NCBI GenBank assembly: GCA_951406725.2 | Contig: OX597816.1 | Location: 58,838,001 to 58,902,000, forward strand | Direction: 5' to 3' | DNA from: Octopus vulgaris | Lineage: Eukaryota | DNA: 64,000 bases | Shown here: positions 63,201 through 64,000 of the stretch, in pieces | Layout of the letters: each line of letters starts with the position of its first letter | Numbering within the stretch: the first letter of the stretch is position 1 | Made by a program: the position numbers and the translations under genes | Notes under the pieces: model-generated | The model's database searches: none | What the model saw: the letters and a program-made list of their open reading frames with translations, nothing else | Told to the model about the DNA's origin: nothing

Positions 63201-64000
63201 TAAAAGAGTAAAATCTATTCCACCACTGGGCTCCATATGGCCCTTGGAGGTCCTTGTAAGATTTTGTTGTTAAAATTTATCTCCAATAAATTGGTTATAT
63301 TTTTACAATGCACAAAATATATTAATTTTTTTTAATACAATTCCTAATAAAATAGTAGTTTTAAGACATCGAAGGGATGTGAAGGTTGTACTCCCTAGGT
63401 AAAACGGGAATCGAAGGGGTCTAAGAAATGGTTGAGAGGCACTGGTTGCAAACTCGGTCTACCTCACTACCGAACAAGTGAAATGAAAGTAAAATGTAAA
63501 GCCGAAACAAAACGAAATATCTAAAGGAAATAAATTCAACCCAAACCAAAATTGGAAACCGAATGCGATGTAAACCGTAGAGTAATCAGGGCCCGTCCAG
63601 TCGAGACTATCCTGCCTTTTGTGAGTAATATCCCTGGGACTGCATTATCCAATGTGTACTTAATTTAAAAGGAAGGTGCAATGTGGTTTGTCGAAGACTT
63701 GGCTGCTATTTCTAGTCTAATGAAATAGGTAGTATAGAGGGTCACTCGTTGAGGGAAGGGGACTCTTTTACTTGGATAATTTCTTTTCATCGAAGTTTCG
63801 AGCGTGTCGGACAAAATGCTTATCGGCATTTCTTCCGGCTCTTTACGTACCAAGTTCAAATTCTACCGAGGTCGACTCTGCCTTTCATCCTTTCGGAGTC
63901 GATAGAATAAGTACCAGTTGAGTATGGTAACTGATAGGCCCCCACCCCTAAAATTGCCGGCTTTGTGCCAAAATTTAAAACAATTATTATTATTATTCCC

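Noticed and set aside
62521-64000. Further upstream TELO2 exons
   Set aside because: No TEL2-like peptide with splice sites found; region is mostly repeats, so the N-terminus is probably beyond the window.

Overview
Eukaryotic, repeat-rich genomic DNA. The SINE/LINE repertoire and microsatellite load look like a coleoid cephalopod, most likely Octopus (inference). The one host gene I can support is TELO2 (Tel2, TTT co-chaperone) on the minus strand. I mapped 18 coding exons by hand between 62507 and about 19621, with GT-AG boundaries, consistent phases and the CK2/PIH1D1 D-S-D-D motif. The N-terminal exons lie outside the window and the true last exon is ambiguous. The rest is transposable-element DNA: tRNA-derived SINEs of several types, RTE LINE fragments and (GAT)n-tailed 3' ends, a decayed hAT transposase with a nested MITE, piggyBac elements, Helitrons (one carrying a captured piggyBac fragment), Tc1/mariner remnants, MITEs and simple repeats. 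Nearly all ORFs in the supplied track are repeat artefacts. The most interesting signal is a set of minimal type I hammerhead-ribozyme motifs with palindromic stem III inside TELO2 introns, in at least three sequence families. One family has a tRNA-like Pol III head, Penelope-like inverted 5' duplications and 13-15 bp TSDs, and one copy duplicated a TELO2 splice donor. Another has a G3-C8 covariant core, and a third has a ~95-nt stem II. All calls are by eye, with no database searches run.
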